Shown in pieces: positions 29,501-44,500 of a stretch of DNA of 64,000 bases (its first letter is position 1; every line of letters starts with the position of its first letter). Position numbers and translations under genes: made by a program. The notes below the pieces were generated by a model. The model was given only the letters and a program-made list of their open reading frames with translations, was not told the origin of the DNA and ran no database searches. The stretch comes from the human T2T-CHM13v2.0 reference genome, Homo sapiens: assembly GCF_009914755.1 (NCBI RefSeq), contig NC_060936.1. One strand, given 5' to 3'.

Positions 29501-32500
29501 ATTGTTTCCAAACTGCTCAAACAAAAATTAAAAAAACATGTTTAAATCTCCAAATTTCAATTTGGCACACATCACAAAGCCGTTTCTCCAAAAGATTCCT
29601 TCTAGTTTTTATCTAAAGATATTTCCTTTTTCACCATAAGCCTCAATGCTCTCCCAAATATATGTTTGCAGATTTGACAAAAACAGTGTTTCAAAAACTG
29701 CTTGAAGGGAAGGTTTAACTCTGTGAGGTGAATGTGCACATCACAAAGCAGTTTCTCAGATAGCTTCTCTCTAGATCTTCTCTGAAGACATTTCCTTTTC
29801 CACCATAAGCCTCAAAGTGCTCCCAAATATCCCTTTGCAGATTCTGTAAAAACTGTGTTTCTGAGCTCTTCCACCAAAAGGATGATTTAATTCTGTGGGA
29901 TGAAAGCACAAATCAGAAAGCAGTTTCTCATAACCCTTCTTCCATTTTTTATCTGAAGGTAATTCCTTGTTCATCACAGGCCTTTTTGTATGAGTTAATA
30001 TCGCTTCACAGACTGTACAAAAACAGTGTTTCCAAACTCCTCAGTCAAAAGAAAAGCTTAATTCTGAGAGTTGAATGCATACATTACAAAGGAGTTGCAC
30101 AAAAACTTCTTTGTGAACCATTGGCATCAGTTCACTCCCAATATCCCTTTGCAGATTCCAGCAAAACTGTGTTTCCAAACTGCTCAGTCAAAATAAAAGT
30201 TTAACCCTGTGAAACGAATGCACACTTCACAAAACAGTTTCTCAAAAAGCTTCTTTCTATTTTTTTCAAAGTTATTTCCTTTTTCACCATAGGCATCAGT
30301 GCGCTCTCAAATATCCCTTTGCAGATTCTAGAAAAACTGTGTTTCAAAACTGCTCACACAAAAGAAATACTTAACTCTGTTAGAAAAATGCACACCTCAC
30401 AAAGCGGTTGCTCAGAAAGCTTCTTTCTAGTTTTTATCTGAAGTTATTTCCTTTTACACCATATGCCTCATGCACTACCAAATATCCCTTTGCAGATTCT
30501 ACAAAAACGGTGTTTCCAAACTTATCCACCAAAAGAAAGGTGTAACTCTGTGAGACGAATGCACACATCACAAAGCAGCTTCTCAAAAAGCGTCTTTCTA
30601 GTTTTTGTATGAAGATACTTCCTTTTTCATCATAGGCTTCAATTTGCTCCCAAATATTTCTTCGCAGATTCTACAAAAACAGTGTTTCCAAACTGCTCAA
30701 TCAAAAGAAAGGTTTCACTGTGTGAGATGAATGCACACATCACCAAGCAGTTTTGCAGAAACCTTCTGTTTAGTTCTTCTCTGAAGATATTTCCTTTCCA
30801 CCATAGGCCTGAATACACTCCCAAATATCGCTTTGCAGATTGTACAAAAACAGTGCTTCCAAACTGTTCCATCAAAAGAAGGACTTAACTCTGTGAGATG
30901 AACGCACACATCAGAAAGCAGTTTCTCATAACACTTCTTTCCAGTTTTGAATTCAAGACATCTCGGTTTCACCATAGCCCTTTTTACACTCCATATATCA
31001 CTTGGCAGATTCTGCAAAAACAGTGTTTCCAAACTGCTCAGTCAAAGGAAAATTTTAACTCTGTGAGATGAAGGCACACATCAAAGCAACTTCTCTAAAA
31101 GCTTCTTTCTAGTTTTTATCCAAAAATATTTCCTTTACCATCATAGGTTTCAATGTGTACTGAAATATCCCATTGCAGATTCCACAAAAACAGTGTTTTC
31201 AAACTGCCCAATCAAAAAAAAGGCTTAATTTTGTGAGATGAATGCACACATCACAAAGCAGTTTCTCAAAATGCTTCTTTCTAGTTTTTATCCAAAGATA
31301 TTTCCTTTTTCAAGAAAGGCCTAAGTGCACTCCCAAATATCCCTTTGCAGATTCTACAAAAACAGTGTTTCCAAACTGCTCAATCAAAAGAAACTTTTAA
31401 ACCTGTGATGAGAATACACAGATCACAAAACAGTTTTGCAGAAAACTTCCTTGTAGTTTTTATCTGAAGTTATTTCCTTTTTCACCATAGGCCTCATGCA
31501 CTCCCAAATATTCCTTTGCAGATTCTACAAAAACAGTGTTTCAAAACTTATCAACCAAAAGAAAGGTGTAACTCTGTGAGATGAATACACACATCACAAA
31601 ACAGTTTATCAGAAATCTCCTGTCTAGTTCTTTTCTGAAGACATATCCTTTTCAACCATAGGTTGAACCATGGGTTCGCAAATATCCCTTCACAGATTCT
31701 ACAAAAACAGTGTTTCCTAACCATTCCATCAAAAGTAGGATTAAATTCTGGGAGATGAACACACACATTAGGAAGCAGTTTCTCATAACCCTTCTTTCCA
31801 GTTTTTATCTGAAGATATTTTCTTTTTCACCATAGGCTTTTTTGCACTACCAAATATCGCTTCTCAGATTTTGGAAAAACAGTGTCTCCAAACTGTTCAG
31901 TCAAAAGTAAGGTTTAAATCTATGAGATGAACGCATACAACAGAAAGCAGTTTCCCAAAAAGCTTCTTTCTAGTGTTTATCTAAAGCTACTTCCTTTTTC
32001 ACTGTAGGCCTCTGTGAGCTCCCAAATATGACTTTGCAGATTCTACAAAAACAGTGTTTCCAAACTGCTCAGTCAAAAGAAAGGTTTAACTCTGTGACAT
32101 GAATGCACACAGCTAAAAGCAATTTATCAGATGCCTTATGTTTTGTTCTCCTCCGAAGATATTTGCTTTTAAACCCTAGGCCTTAATGCCCACCCAAATA
32201 TCTCTTCGCAGATGCTATGAAAACAGTGTTCCTGACCTTTTCCATCAAAAGAAGGAACTATCTCTGTGAGATGAAAGCACACATCAGAAAGCAGTTTCTC
32301 ATAATGCTTCTTTCCAGTTTTTATCTGAAGTTATCTCCTTATTGTCCATAGGTATTTTTGTGCTACTTAACAATGCTTTGCAGATTATACAAAAACAGTG
32401 TTTTCAAACTGCTCAGAAAAAGAAATGTTAAACTCTCTGAGATAAATGCATACAGCACAAACATGTTTTCTCAAAAAGCTTCTTTCTAGTTTTTATCTGA

Positions 32501-35500
32501 AGATATTTCCATTTCACCATAGGCTTCAGTGCACTCCCAAATATCCCTTTGCAGATTCCACAAAAAAAACAGTAAGTCCAAACTGCCCCATCAAAAAACA
32601 TCTTTAACTCTGTGAGAGGAATGCACACATCACAAAGCAGTTTCTCAAAATACTTCTTTGTAGTTTTTATCCTAAGATATTTTCTTTATCACCATAGGCT
32701 TCAATGTGCTCCCAAATATCCCATCGCAGATTCTACAACAACAGTGTTTCCAAACTCCTCAATCAAAAAACACGTTTACTCTGTGACTTTAATGCACACA
32801 TCACAAAGCAGTTTTTCAGAAAGCTTCTTTCTAGTTTTTATTTGAAGATATTTTTTTCAACATAGGCCTCAGGGTGCGCCCAAATATACCTTGACAGATA
32901 CTACAAACACAGTGTTTCCATACAGCTCAATCAAAAGAAAGGTTTAACTCTTTGAGATGAATGCATACGTAACATAGCAGTTTCTCAGATACTTTCTATC
33001 TAGTTCTTCTCTGAAGATATTTCCTTTTCCACCATAGGCCTCAATGTGCTCCCAATTATCCCTTCACAGATTCTTCAAAAACAGTGTTTCAAAACTGCTC
33101 AATCAAAAAACAGGTTTAAATCTGTGAGCTGAGTGCACCCATCACAGAGAAGTTTCTCAAAAACGTCTTTCTAGTTTTTATCTGAAGGTGTTTCCTTTTT
33201 CACTGTAGGCTTCAGTTTGCTCCCAAACATACCTTTGCAGACTCTATAAAAACAGCGTTTCAAAATGCTCAAACAAAAGAAAGGTTTAACTCTGTGAGAT
33301 GAATGCATACATCACAAAGAAGTTTATCAGAAAGCTTCTATCTAGTTCTTCAATGAAGATATTTTCTTTTCCATCTTAGGCCTCAATGCACCCCCAAATA
33401 TCCCTTCGCAGGTTCTACAAAAACAGTGTTTCCAAACTGTTCCATCAAAAGAAAGACCTCAATCTGTGAGGTGAACGGACATATCAGAAAGCAGTTTCTC
33501 ATAACACTACTTTCCACTTTTTATCTGAAGATATTTCCTTTTTCACCATAGGCTTTTTTTGCACTATGAAATATCGTTAAGCAGTTAATAAAAAGACAGT
33601 GTTTCCAAACTGCTCAGTCAAAAGAAAGGTTTAACTCTGTGAGATGAATGGACACATCACAAAACATTTTCTCAAAAAGCTTCTTTCTAGTTTTTATCCA
33701 AATATATTTCATTTTCTACCATAGGCCTAACAGTGCTTTCAAATATCCCATTGCAGATTCTATAAAGATCTTGTATCCAAACAGCCCAATCAAAAGAAAT
33801 GTTTAAATGTGTGTGAAGAATGCACACATCACAAAGTTGTTTCTCCAAAAACTTCTTTGTAGTTTTTATCTGAAGTAATTTCCTTTTTAACCATAGGCCT
33901 CAGTGCACTCCCAAATATCCCTTTGCAGATTCTACCAAAACAGGATTTCCAAACTGCTCAATCAAGGAAAGTTTTCACTCTGTAAGATGAATGCACATAT
34001 CAGGAAGCAGTTTCTCAGAAACCTTCTTTTTGGTATTTATCTGGAGATATTTCCCTTTTCTCCATATGATTCAATGTGCTCCCAAATAATTATTTGCAGA
34101 TTCGGTTAAAGGATGTTTCCAAAAGACTCCATCGAAGGAAAGATTTAACACTGTGAAATGAATGCACACACCATGTGTCAGTGTCTCAGAAAGCTTCTTT
34201 TCAGTTTTTATCTGAAGATATTTCCTTTATCACCATAGACCTCTTAGCACTACCTAATATCACTTCCCAGGTTATACAAAAGCAGCGTTTCCAAACTATT
34301 CTATCAAAAGAAAGGCTTAATTCTATGAGATGAATGCACACATCACAAAACAGTTTCTCAAAATGCTTCCTTCCAGTTTTTATCGAAAGAAATTTCTTTT
34401 TCACCGTAGGCTTCAATGTGTTCCCAAATATCCCTTCGCAGATTCTACAAAAAAAAAAGGGTTTACAAACTCCTCAGTCAAAAGAAACATTTAAATCTGT
34501 AAGATGAATGCACACATCACAAAGCAGTTTCTCAGAAAGCTTCTATATAATTCTTCTCTGAAGATATTTCCTTTTCCACAATACACCTCAATGTGCTCCC
34601 AAATATCCCTTTGCAGATTCTACAAAAAAAACTGCTTCCAAACTGTTCCATCAAAAGAAGGACTTAACCCTGAGAGATGAACACACACATCAGAAAGCAG
34701 TTTCTCATAACGCTTCTGTCCATGTTTTTATCTGAAGACGTTCCCTATATCAACACAGGCATTTTTGCGCTAACAAATATTGCATCACAGATATACAAAA
34801 ACGGTGTTTCCAAACTGCTCACTCAAAAGAAAACTTTAATTCTGTGAGATGAATGCACACATCACAAAGTAGTTACTCAAAAAACTTCTTTCTAGTTTAC
34901 ATCCAAAGGTATTTCCTTTTTCACCATAGTCCAAACTTCACTTTCAAATATCACATTGCAGATCCTACAAAAATGGTGTTTCCAAACTGCTCAGTCAAAA
35001 AGCAGGTTTATCTCTGTGAGTTGAACACAAACGTCACAAATCAATTTCTCAAAAGTTTTTTCTAGTTTTTTTGAAGATATTTCTTTTTTTCACCATAGGC
35101 ATCAATACAGTCCCAAATTTCCCTTTGGAGATTCTACAAAAACAGTGTTTCCATACTGCTCTATCAAAAGAAACGTTTAACACTGCGAGAAGAATGAACA
35201 CATCACAAAGCAGTTTCTCAGAAAGCTTCTTTCTTGTTTTTATCTGAAGTTATTTCCTTTTTCACCATAGGCCTCATGCTCTCCCAATTCTCCCTTAGCA
35301 GATTCTACAAAAACAGTGTTTCCAAAGTGCTCAATCAAACAACAGGATTAACTCTGTGAGATGAATGCACCCATAACAAAGCAGTTTCCCAAAAACGTCT
35401 TTCTAATTTTTATCTGAAGATATTTTATTTATCACCATAGGCCTCAGTGAGCTCCCAAATATGCCTTCGCAGATTCTACAGAAACAGTGTTTCCAAACTG

Positions 35501-38500
35501 TTGAATGAAAAGGAAAGTTTAACTCTGCGAGACGAACGCACACATCACAAAGCAGTTTCTCAGATAGTTTCTGTCTAGTTCTTCTCTGAAGATATTTCCT
35601 TTGCCACAGTAGGACTCAATGCACTCCCAAATATCCCTTCACAGATTCTTTAAAAACAGTGTTTCTGAACTATTGCATCAAAATAAGGATTTAACTCTTT
35701 GATATTGATGCACACATGAGAAAGCAATTTCTCCTAACGCTTCTTTCCAGTTTTTATCTGAAGATATTTTGTTGTTCACCATAGGCCTTTTTGTGCTACC
35801 AAACATGGCTTCGCAGATTCTATGAAAACAGTGTTTCCAAACTGTTCCATCAAAAGAAGGATTTAAAACTCTGAGATGAATGCACTCTTCATAAAGCAGT
35901 TTCTGTTAATACTTCTTTACAGTTTTTATCTGGAGGTGTGTGTTTTTTGCCATAGGCCTTTTTGCACTAACATCACTTCATAGATTATACAAAAACAGTG
36001 TTTCCAAACTGCTCATTCAAAAGAAAATCTTAACTCTGTGAGGTGAATGCATACATCACCAAGCAGTTTCTCAAAATTATTCTTTCTGGTGTTTATCCAA
36101 AAATATATCCTTTTTGACTGTAGGCATCAGTATGAACTCAAATATCCCTTGAAATCCCTTCAAAAACAGTGTTTCCAAACTGATCAATCAAAGAAATGTT
36201 TAACTCTTTGAGATGAATGCAAATATCACAAAGCAGTTTCTCAGAACAATTCTGTCTAGTTCTTCTCTGGAGGTATTTCCTTTTCCACTATAGACATCAA
36301 TGTGCTCCTAAATAACCCTTTGAAGATTCTGCAAAAACAGTGTTTCCAAACTGTCCCACCCAAAGAATGACTTAACAATGGGAGATGAATGCACACATCA
36401 AAAGGCCATTTCTCATAATGCTTCTTTCCAGTTTTTATCTGAAGATATTTCCTTGTTTACCACAGGCTTTTTTGTGCTACCTAATATGGCTTCACAAATT
36501 TTGCCATAACAGTGTTTCCAAACTGATCCATCAAAATAAAGTTTTAACTATGTGGATGAATGCACAAACCACAAAGCAGTTTCTCAGAAAGATTCTTCAT
36601 AGTTTTTATACAAAGTTATTTCCTTTTTCACCATAGGACTCAGGGTGCTCCGAAATATGCCTTTTCAGATTCTACAAACACAGTGTTTCCAAACCACTCA
36701 ATCAAAAGAAAGATTTTACTCTGTGAGATGAATGCACACATCACAAAGCAGTTTCTCATATAGTTTCTGTATAGTTCTGCTCTGAAGATATTTTTTCTTT
36801 TCCAAAAAAGGCCTCAATTCACTCCTAAATACCCCTTTACAGATTCTATAAGAACAGTGTTTCCAAACTGTCCCATCAAGAGAAGGATTTAACTCAGGGA
36901 GATTAATGTACACATCAGAAAGCTGTTTCACATAACACTTAATTCCAGTTTTTATGCGAAGATATTTCTTTGTTCACTATAGCCCTTTTTGTGCTACCTA
37001 ACATTGCTTCACAGATTATATAAAAACAGTGTTTCCAAACTGCTCCATTAAAAGAAAATTTTAAGTCTGGGAGACGAATGCACACTTCACAAAGCAGTTT
37101 CTCAAAAAGTTTCTTACTCTTTTTCTCTGAAGACATTTCCTTTTTTCACCATAGGCATCAGTGTGCTCTCAAATATCCCTTTGCAGATTCTGCAAAAACA
37201 GTGTTTCCAAACTGCACAATCAATAGAAATGTTTGACTCTGTGAAAAGAATGAACATATGGCAAAGCATTTTCTCAGAAAGCTTGTTTCCAGTTTTTATC
37301 TAAAGTTATTTCCTTTTTCAATATAGGTCTCATTCACGACCAAATATCCCTTCCCAGATTCTACAAAAACAGTGTTTCCAAACTCCTCAATCAAAAGAAA
37401 ATTTAAACTCTGTATGGTGAATGTACACATCACAAAGCAGTTTCTCAGAAAGTTTCTGTCAATTTCTTATCTGAAGATATTTCCTTTTCCACAATAGGCC
37501 TCAATGCCCTCCAAAATATCGCTTCACAGATTGTATAAAAACAGTCTTTCCAAACTGTTCTATCAAAGGAAGGGCTTAAGTCTATGAGATGAATGCACCC
37601 ATCAGAAAGAAGTTTCAAATAACCCTTCTTTCCAGTTTGTATCTGAATATATTTCCTTGTTCACCATAGGTGTTTTGCGTTACCAAATATTGCTTCACAG
37701 ATTTTGCAAAAACCGTGTATCCAAACTGCTCAAAGAAAGGTTTACCTCTGTGAGATTAATGCCCACATCACAAAGCAGTTTCCAAAAAGTTCTTTCTAGT
37801 TTTTATCTGAGGATAATTCCTTTATCACCATAAGCTTCAATGCACTTCCAAACATCACCTCACAGATTCCACACATACAGTGTTTCCAAACAGCTGAATC
37901 AAAAAACGAGATTAATTCTATGTGTTGAATGCACACATCACAAAGCAGTTTCTCAAAAATCTTCCTTCTGGTTTTTATCCGAAGATATTTTCTTTTTCAG
38001 CATAGGCCTCAGTGTGCTCCCAAATATACCTTTGCAGACTCTACAAAAACAGGGTTTCAAAAATGCTCATTCAAAAGAAAGATTTAACTCTGTGAGATAA
38101 ATGCACACTTCACAAAGGAGTTAATCAGATGGCTTCTGTCTAGTTCTTCTCTGAAGGTATTTCCTTTTCCACAATAGTCCTCAATGCACTCCCAAATATC
38201 CCTACACAGATTCTATAAAAACAGGGTTTTTGAACAGTTCCATCAAAAGAAGTATTTAACTCAGTGAGATGAGCACACTCATCAGAAAGCAGTTTCTTAT
38301 AATGTTTCTTTCCAGTTTTTATCTGATGACACTTCCTTGTTCACCATAGGCTTTTTTGAGCTACCAAAAATCACTTAACAGATTATACAAAAACAGTGTT
38401 TCCAAACAGCTCTGTCAAAATAAAAGTTTGACTCTGTGAGATGAATGCATGCATCAGAAACCAGTTTCTCAAAAACTATCTTTCTGTTTTTTATCAGAAG

Positions 38501-41500
38501 ATATTTCCTTTATCACCATAGGCTTCAACGTGCTCCCAAATATCCCTTTGCAGATTCTACAAAAAGAGTGTTTCCAAACTACTCAATCAAAATAAAAGTT
38601 TAACTCCATGAGAAGAATGCACACATCACAAAGCAGTTTCTCAAAATGCTTCTTTCTAGTTTTTCTCTGAAGTTATTTCCTTTTTCAGCATGGGCCTCAT
38701 GAGCTCCCAAATATCGACTCGTAGATTCTACAAAAACAGTGTTTCCAAACTGATCAATCAAAAGAAAGGTTTAACTCTGTGAGATGAATTCACACATCAC
38801 AAGGCAGTTTCTCAAAATGTATCTTTCTTGTTTTTATCCAAAGATATTTCCTTTGTCACCATAGGCTTAAATGCACTCCCAAATATCCCTCTGCAGATTC
38901 TACAAAAACAGCATTTCCAAACTGCTCAATCAGAAAAATGTTTAACTCTGCAAGTTGAATGCACACATCACAAAGCAGTTTCTCAGATATATTTTGTCTA
39001 GTTTTTTTCTGAAGATATTTCCTTTTCCACCGTAGACCTCAGTGTGCTCTGAAATATACCTTTGAAGATACTTCAAAAACAGTGTTTCCAAACTGCTGAA
39101 TGAAAAGAAAGGCTTAACTCTGCGAGATGAACACACACATCAGAAAGCAGTTTCTCATAACTACTCTTTCCAATTTTTATCTAAGAATATTTCCTTGTTC
39201 ACCAGAGGCTTTGTGCGCTACTTGACTGCACTTCACAGATTACAAAAAAATTGTTTCCAAAATGCTCAGTCAAAAGAAAAATTTAGGTCTGTGAGTTGAA
39301 TGCTTACATTACAAAAAAGTTTCTCAAAAAGCTTCTTTCCAGTTTTTATCTGAACTTATTTCCTTTTTCACCATTAGCCTTGAGTGCTCACATATATCCC
39401 TTCACAGATTCTAGAAAAACAGTAATTCCAAACTGATCAATCAAAAGAAATGTTTAACTCTCTGAGATGAATGCACACATTACAAAGCAGTTTCTCAAAA
39501 AGGTTCTTTCAGGTTTTTAATCCAAATATACTTCCTTTTTTTATCACCATAGGCTTCAATGCACTCCCAAATATCCCTTCGCAGATTCTCCAAACTAGTG
39601 TTTCCAAATTGCTCAATCAAAAGAAAGGTTTAACTCTGTGAGATGATTGCACTCATCACAAAGCAATTTCTCAGAAAACTTCTGTCCAGTTCTTCTCTTA
39701 AGATATTACCTTTTCCACAATAGGCCTCAATGCACTCCCAAATATCCCTTTGCAGATTCTACAAATCAGTGTTTCCAAACTGTCCCATCAAAAGAAGGAC
39801 TTCACTCTGTAAGATGAACAGACACATCAGAAAGCAGTTTCTCATAACGCTTATTTGCAGTTTTTATGTGAAGATATTTCCCTGTTTACTGTAGGAATTT
39901 TTGCACAACTTAACATCACTTCACAGATTGTACAAAAACAGAGTTTCCAAACTGCTCATTCAAAAGAAAAGTTTAACTCTGTGAGATGAATGCATACATG
40001 ACAAAGCAGTTTCTCAAAAAGCTTCTTTTTTGTGTTTATCTGAAGATAGTTCCTTTGTCACCAGAGGCATCAGTGTCCTCCCAAATATCCCTTTGCAGAT
40101 TCTACAAAAACAGTGTTTCCAAATTGCTGAATCTAAAGAAATGTTTAACTATGTGAGAAGAATGCACACATCACAAAGTAGATTCAGAGAAAGCTACTTT
40201 CTAGTTTTTATATGAAATTATTTCCTTTTGCACCACTGGCATCATGGGCTCCCAAATATCCCTTTGCATATTCTACAAATCAGTGCTTCCAAACTCATCA
40301 ATCAATAGAAAGGTTTAACTCTGTGAGATGAATGCACACATCACAAAGCAGTTTCTCAAAAACCTTCTTTCTAGTTTTTATCTGAAGATATTTCATTTTT
40401 CAACATAAGCTTTAGTGTGCACCAAAATACACCTTCACAGATTCTACAATAACAGTGTTTCCAAACTGCTCAATCAAAACAAAGGTTTAACTCTGTGAGA
40501 TGAATGCACATATCACAAAGCTGTTTCTCAAAAAGCTTCTTTCTAGTTTTTATCCGAAGATATTTCCTTTATCACCATTAGCTTCAATGTGCTCCCAAAT
40601 ATCCCATTGTAGATTCCACAATAACACTGTTTCCAAACTGCTCAATCAACAACAGGTTTAACTCTGTGTGGTGAACAACCAGAAGACAAAGCAGTTTCTC
40701 AAAATCTTCTTTCTGGCTTTTATCTGAAGATATTTCCTTTTTCACCATAGGCCTCAGTGCACTCCAAAATATACTTTTGCAGCTTCTACAAAAACAATGT
40801 TTGCAAACAGCTCCAACAAAAGAAAGATTTAAGTCTGTGAAATGAATGAGCATATCACAAAACAGTTTCTTCGATAGCTTCTATCTTGTTCTTCTCTGAA
40901 GGTATTTCCTTTTCCACCATAGGCCTCATTGTGCTCCCTAATACCCATTCGTAGATTCTACAAAACCAGGGTTTCTGAAATGTTCCATCAAAAGAGGGAC
41001 AAGAGGGACTTAAGTCTGTGATGTGAAGGCACACTTCATAAACCAGTTTCTCATAACGCTTCTTTCTAGTTTTTTTTCTGAAGATATTTCCTTATTCACC
41101 ATGGGCCTTTTTTACTATCATTTCACAGACCATAGAAAAACATTGTTACTAAATGGACCAGTCAAAAGAAAAGTTTAATTCTGTGAGATGAATGCATACA
41201 TCACAAAGTAGTTTCCCAGAAAGCTTCCATCTAGTTCTTCTCTGAAGATATTTCATTTTCCACTATAGGCCTCAATGAGATCCCAAATATCTCTTTGCGG
41301 CTTCTACAAAAACAGGGTTTCCAAACTCTTCCATCAACAGAAGGACTTAAGTCTGTCAGATGAATGCACACATCTGAAAGCAGTTTCCCATAATGCTTCT
41401 TTCCGGTTTTTATCTGAAGCTATTTCTTAGTTCACCATAGGCCATTTGGCACTACATAACATCGCTTCACAGTTAATAAAAGATGGTGTTTCCAAATTGC

Positions 41501-44500
41501 TCAGTCAAAAGGAAAGTTTAACTCTGTGAGATGAGTGTATATATCTCAAATCCATTTCTCTAAAAGTTTTTTTTACTTTTTATCCGAAGATATTTCCTTT
41601 TTCACCATAGGCATCTGTGCACTGCCAAATATCAGTTTGCAAATTCTACATAAATAGTGTTTCCAAAGTGCTCAGCCATAGGAAAAGTTAAATTCTGTGA
41701 GAAGAATGCACACATCAAAAAGCGGTTCCTCACAAAGCTGTTTGATTAAAAGAGGCACATAATCTGTGTGTTGAATGCACATATCAGAAAGCAGTTTCTC
41801 ATAATACTTCTTTCCAGTTTTTATCTGAAGATATTTCTTTTTTCACCATAGGTTCTTTGTGCTGTAAAATATCGCTTCTCAGATTTTGCAAAAATAGTGA
41901 TTCCAAACTTCTTAGACAAAAGAAAGGTTAACTCTGTGATATGAATGCATAGAGCACAAAGGAGTTTCTCAAAAAGATTCTTTCTAGTTTTTATCAGAAG
42001 ATATTTCCTTTATCATCATAGGCTTCAATGAGCTCCCAAATATCCTATCGTAGATTCTGCAAAAACAGTGTTTCCAAACTGCTCAATCAAGAAAACGGGT
42101 TTAACTCTGTTAGTTGAATGGACACATCATAAAGCATTTTCTCAAAAATCGTCTTTCTTATTTTTATCCAAATATATTCCTTTTTTCACCATAGGTCTCA
42201 TGCACTCCCAAATATGTCTTCTCAGATTCTGCAAAAACAGTGTGTCCAAACTCATCAATCAAAAGAAAGGTTTAACTCTGTGAGATGAATGCACACATCA
42301 CAAAGCAGTTTCTCAAAAGATTCTTTCTAGTTTTTATCCAAAGATATTTCCCTTTTCACCATAGGCCTCAGTGCTCTCCCAATTATACCATAGTGGATTC
42401 TCCAAAAACAGTGTTTCCAAACTGCTCCATCAAAAGAAAGGTTTAACTATGTGAGAGGAGAGGAACGCACTCATCACAAAGCAGTTTATCAGATAGCTTC
42501 TTTCTAGTTTTTATCTGAAGATATTTCTTTTTTCACCATAGGTTTCAAAGTGCTCCCAAATATCCCTTCGCAGATTCTACAAAAACAGAGATTCCAAACT
42601 GCTAAATCAGAAGAAAGCTTTAACTCTGTTAGGTGAATACACTCATGATAAAGCAGTTTCTCAGAAAGCTTCTGTCTACTTCTGTTTCAAGATATTTCAT
42701 TTTTCATCTTAGGCCTCAATGCACTCCCAAATATCCCTTCACAGATTCTACAAAAACAGTGATTCCAAACTGTTCCATCAATAGAAGGACTTAACTCTGT
42801 GAGATGAACACATACATCAGAAAGCAGTTTCTCATAACGTTTCTTTGCAGTTTTTATCTGAATATATTTCAGTGTTCATGATAGGCCTTTTTATACTGCA
42901 TAAAATTGCTTCGCAGATTATGCAAAAACTGTTTCCAAACTCCTCATTCAAAAGAAATGTTTAACTCTTTGAGATGAATGTGCACATCACAAAATAGTTT
43001 TTCAAAAAGCTTTTCTAGTTTTTATCTAAATATATTTCCTTTTTCATCATAAGCCTAATTGCCCTTTCAAATATCACATTGCAGATTCTACAAAAATAGT
43101 GTTTCCAAACTGCTCAATCAAAAAACAGTTTTAACTCTCTGAGTTGACTGCACACATCACAAAGCAGTTTCTCAAAAGGCTCCTTTCTAGTTTTTATCAG
43201 AATGTATTTCTTTTTTCACCATAGGCCACAGTGCGCTCCTAAATATCCCTTCACAGATTCTACCAAAACACTCTTTCCAAACAGCTCATTCAAAAGAAAG
43301 ATTTCACTCTGTCTGAGGAATACACACATCAGTTTTTCAGAAAGCTTCTTTCTGGTTTTTATCTGGAGATATTTCCTTTTTCACCATAGACCTTAATGAG
43401 CTCCAAAATAACTCTTCGCAGATTCTGCCAAAAGGGTGTTTCCAAATGGCTCCATCAAAGGAAAGATTTAACACTGTGAAATGTATGAACACGTCACAAA
43501 TCAGTGTGTCAGAAAGCTTCTTTCCAGTTTTTATGTGAAGATATTTAGTTTTTACCATATGCCTCTATCCGCTTCCTAATTTCAGTTCATAGATAATACA
43601 AAAACAGTGTTTCCAAACTGCTCTATCAAAATAAAGGTTTAACTCTGGTAGATGAATATGCACATCACAAAGCAGTTTCTCAAAAAGTTTCTATCTAGTT
43701 CTTCTCTTAAGATATTTCCTTTTCCACCATAGGCCTCAATGCACTCCCAAATATCCCTTCACAGATTCTACAAAAACAGTGTTTCCAAACTGTTCAATCA
43801 AAAGAAGGCCTTAACTCTGTGAGATGAAATCACGCATCAGAAAGTAGTTTCTCATAATGCTTCTTTCCAGTTTTTATATGAAGATATTTCCTTTTTCACC
43901 AAAGGCCTTTTTAGCTGCCTAACATTGCTTTGCAGGTTATACAAAAACAGTGTTTCCAAACATCTCAGTCAAAGGAAAAATTTAAATCTGTGAGTGGAAT
44001 GCATATATCACAAAGAAGTATCTCAAAAATTTTCTTTCTAGTTTTTATCTGAATATATTTCCCTTTTCACGAAAGGCATCAGTGATCTCCAAAATATTCA
44101 ATTACAAATTCTACAAAAGTTTTTACAAACTGCTCAATCCAAAGAAACTTTTATTTCTGAGACAAGAATGCACACTTCATAAGGCAGTTTCTCAGAAAAC
44201 TTCTTTCTTGTTTTATCTGAAGTTATTTCCTTTTTCACAAAAGGCCTCATGCACTCTCGAATATCCCTTCACAGATTCTACAAAAACAGTGTTTCCAAAT
44301 CACTCAATCCAAAGAAATGTTTACCTCTGAGAGAAAAATGTACACATCACAAAGCAGTTTGTCAGAAAGCTTCTTTCTAGTTTTATCTGAAGTTATTTCC
44401 TTTTTCACCATAGGCCTCATGCACTCCCAAATATCCCTGCACAGATTCTACAAAAACAATGTTTAAAAAACTGATCAATCAAAAGAAAGGTTTAACTCTG

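Noticed and set aside
40992-41009. Short tandem duplications (aagagggac x2; similar at ~36145, ~42453, ~52640)
   Set aside because: Ordinary isolated slippage events
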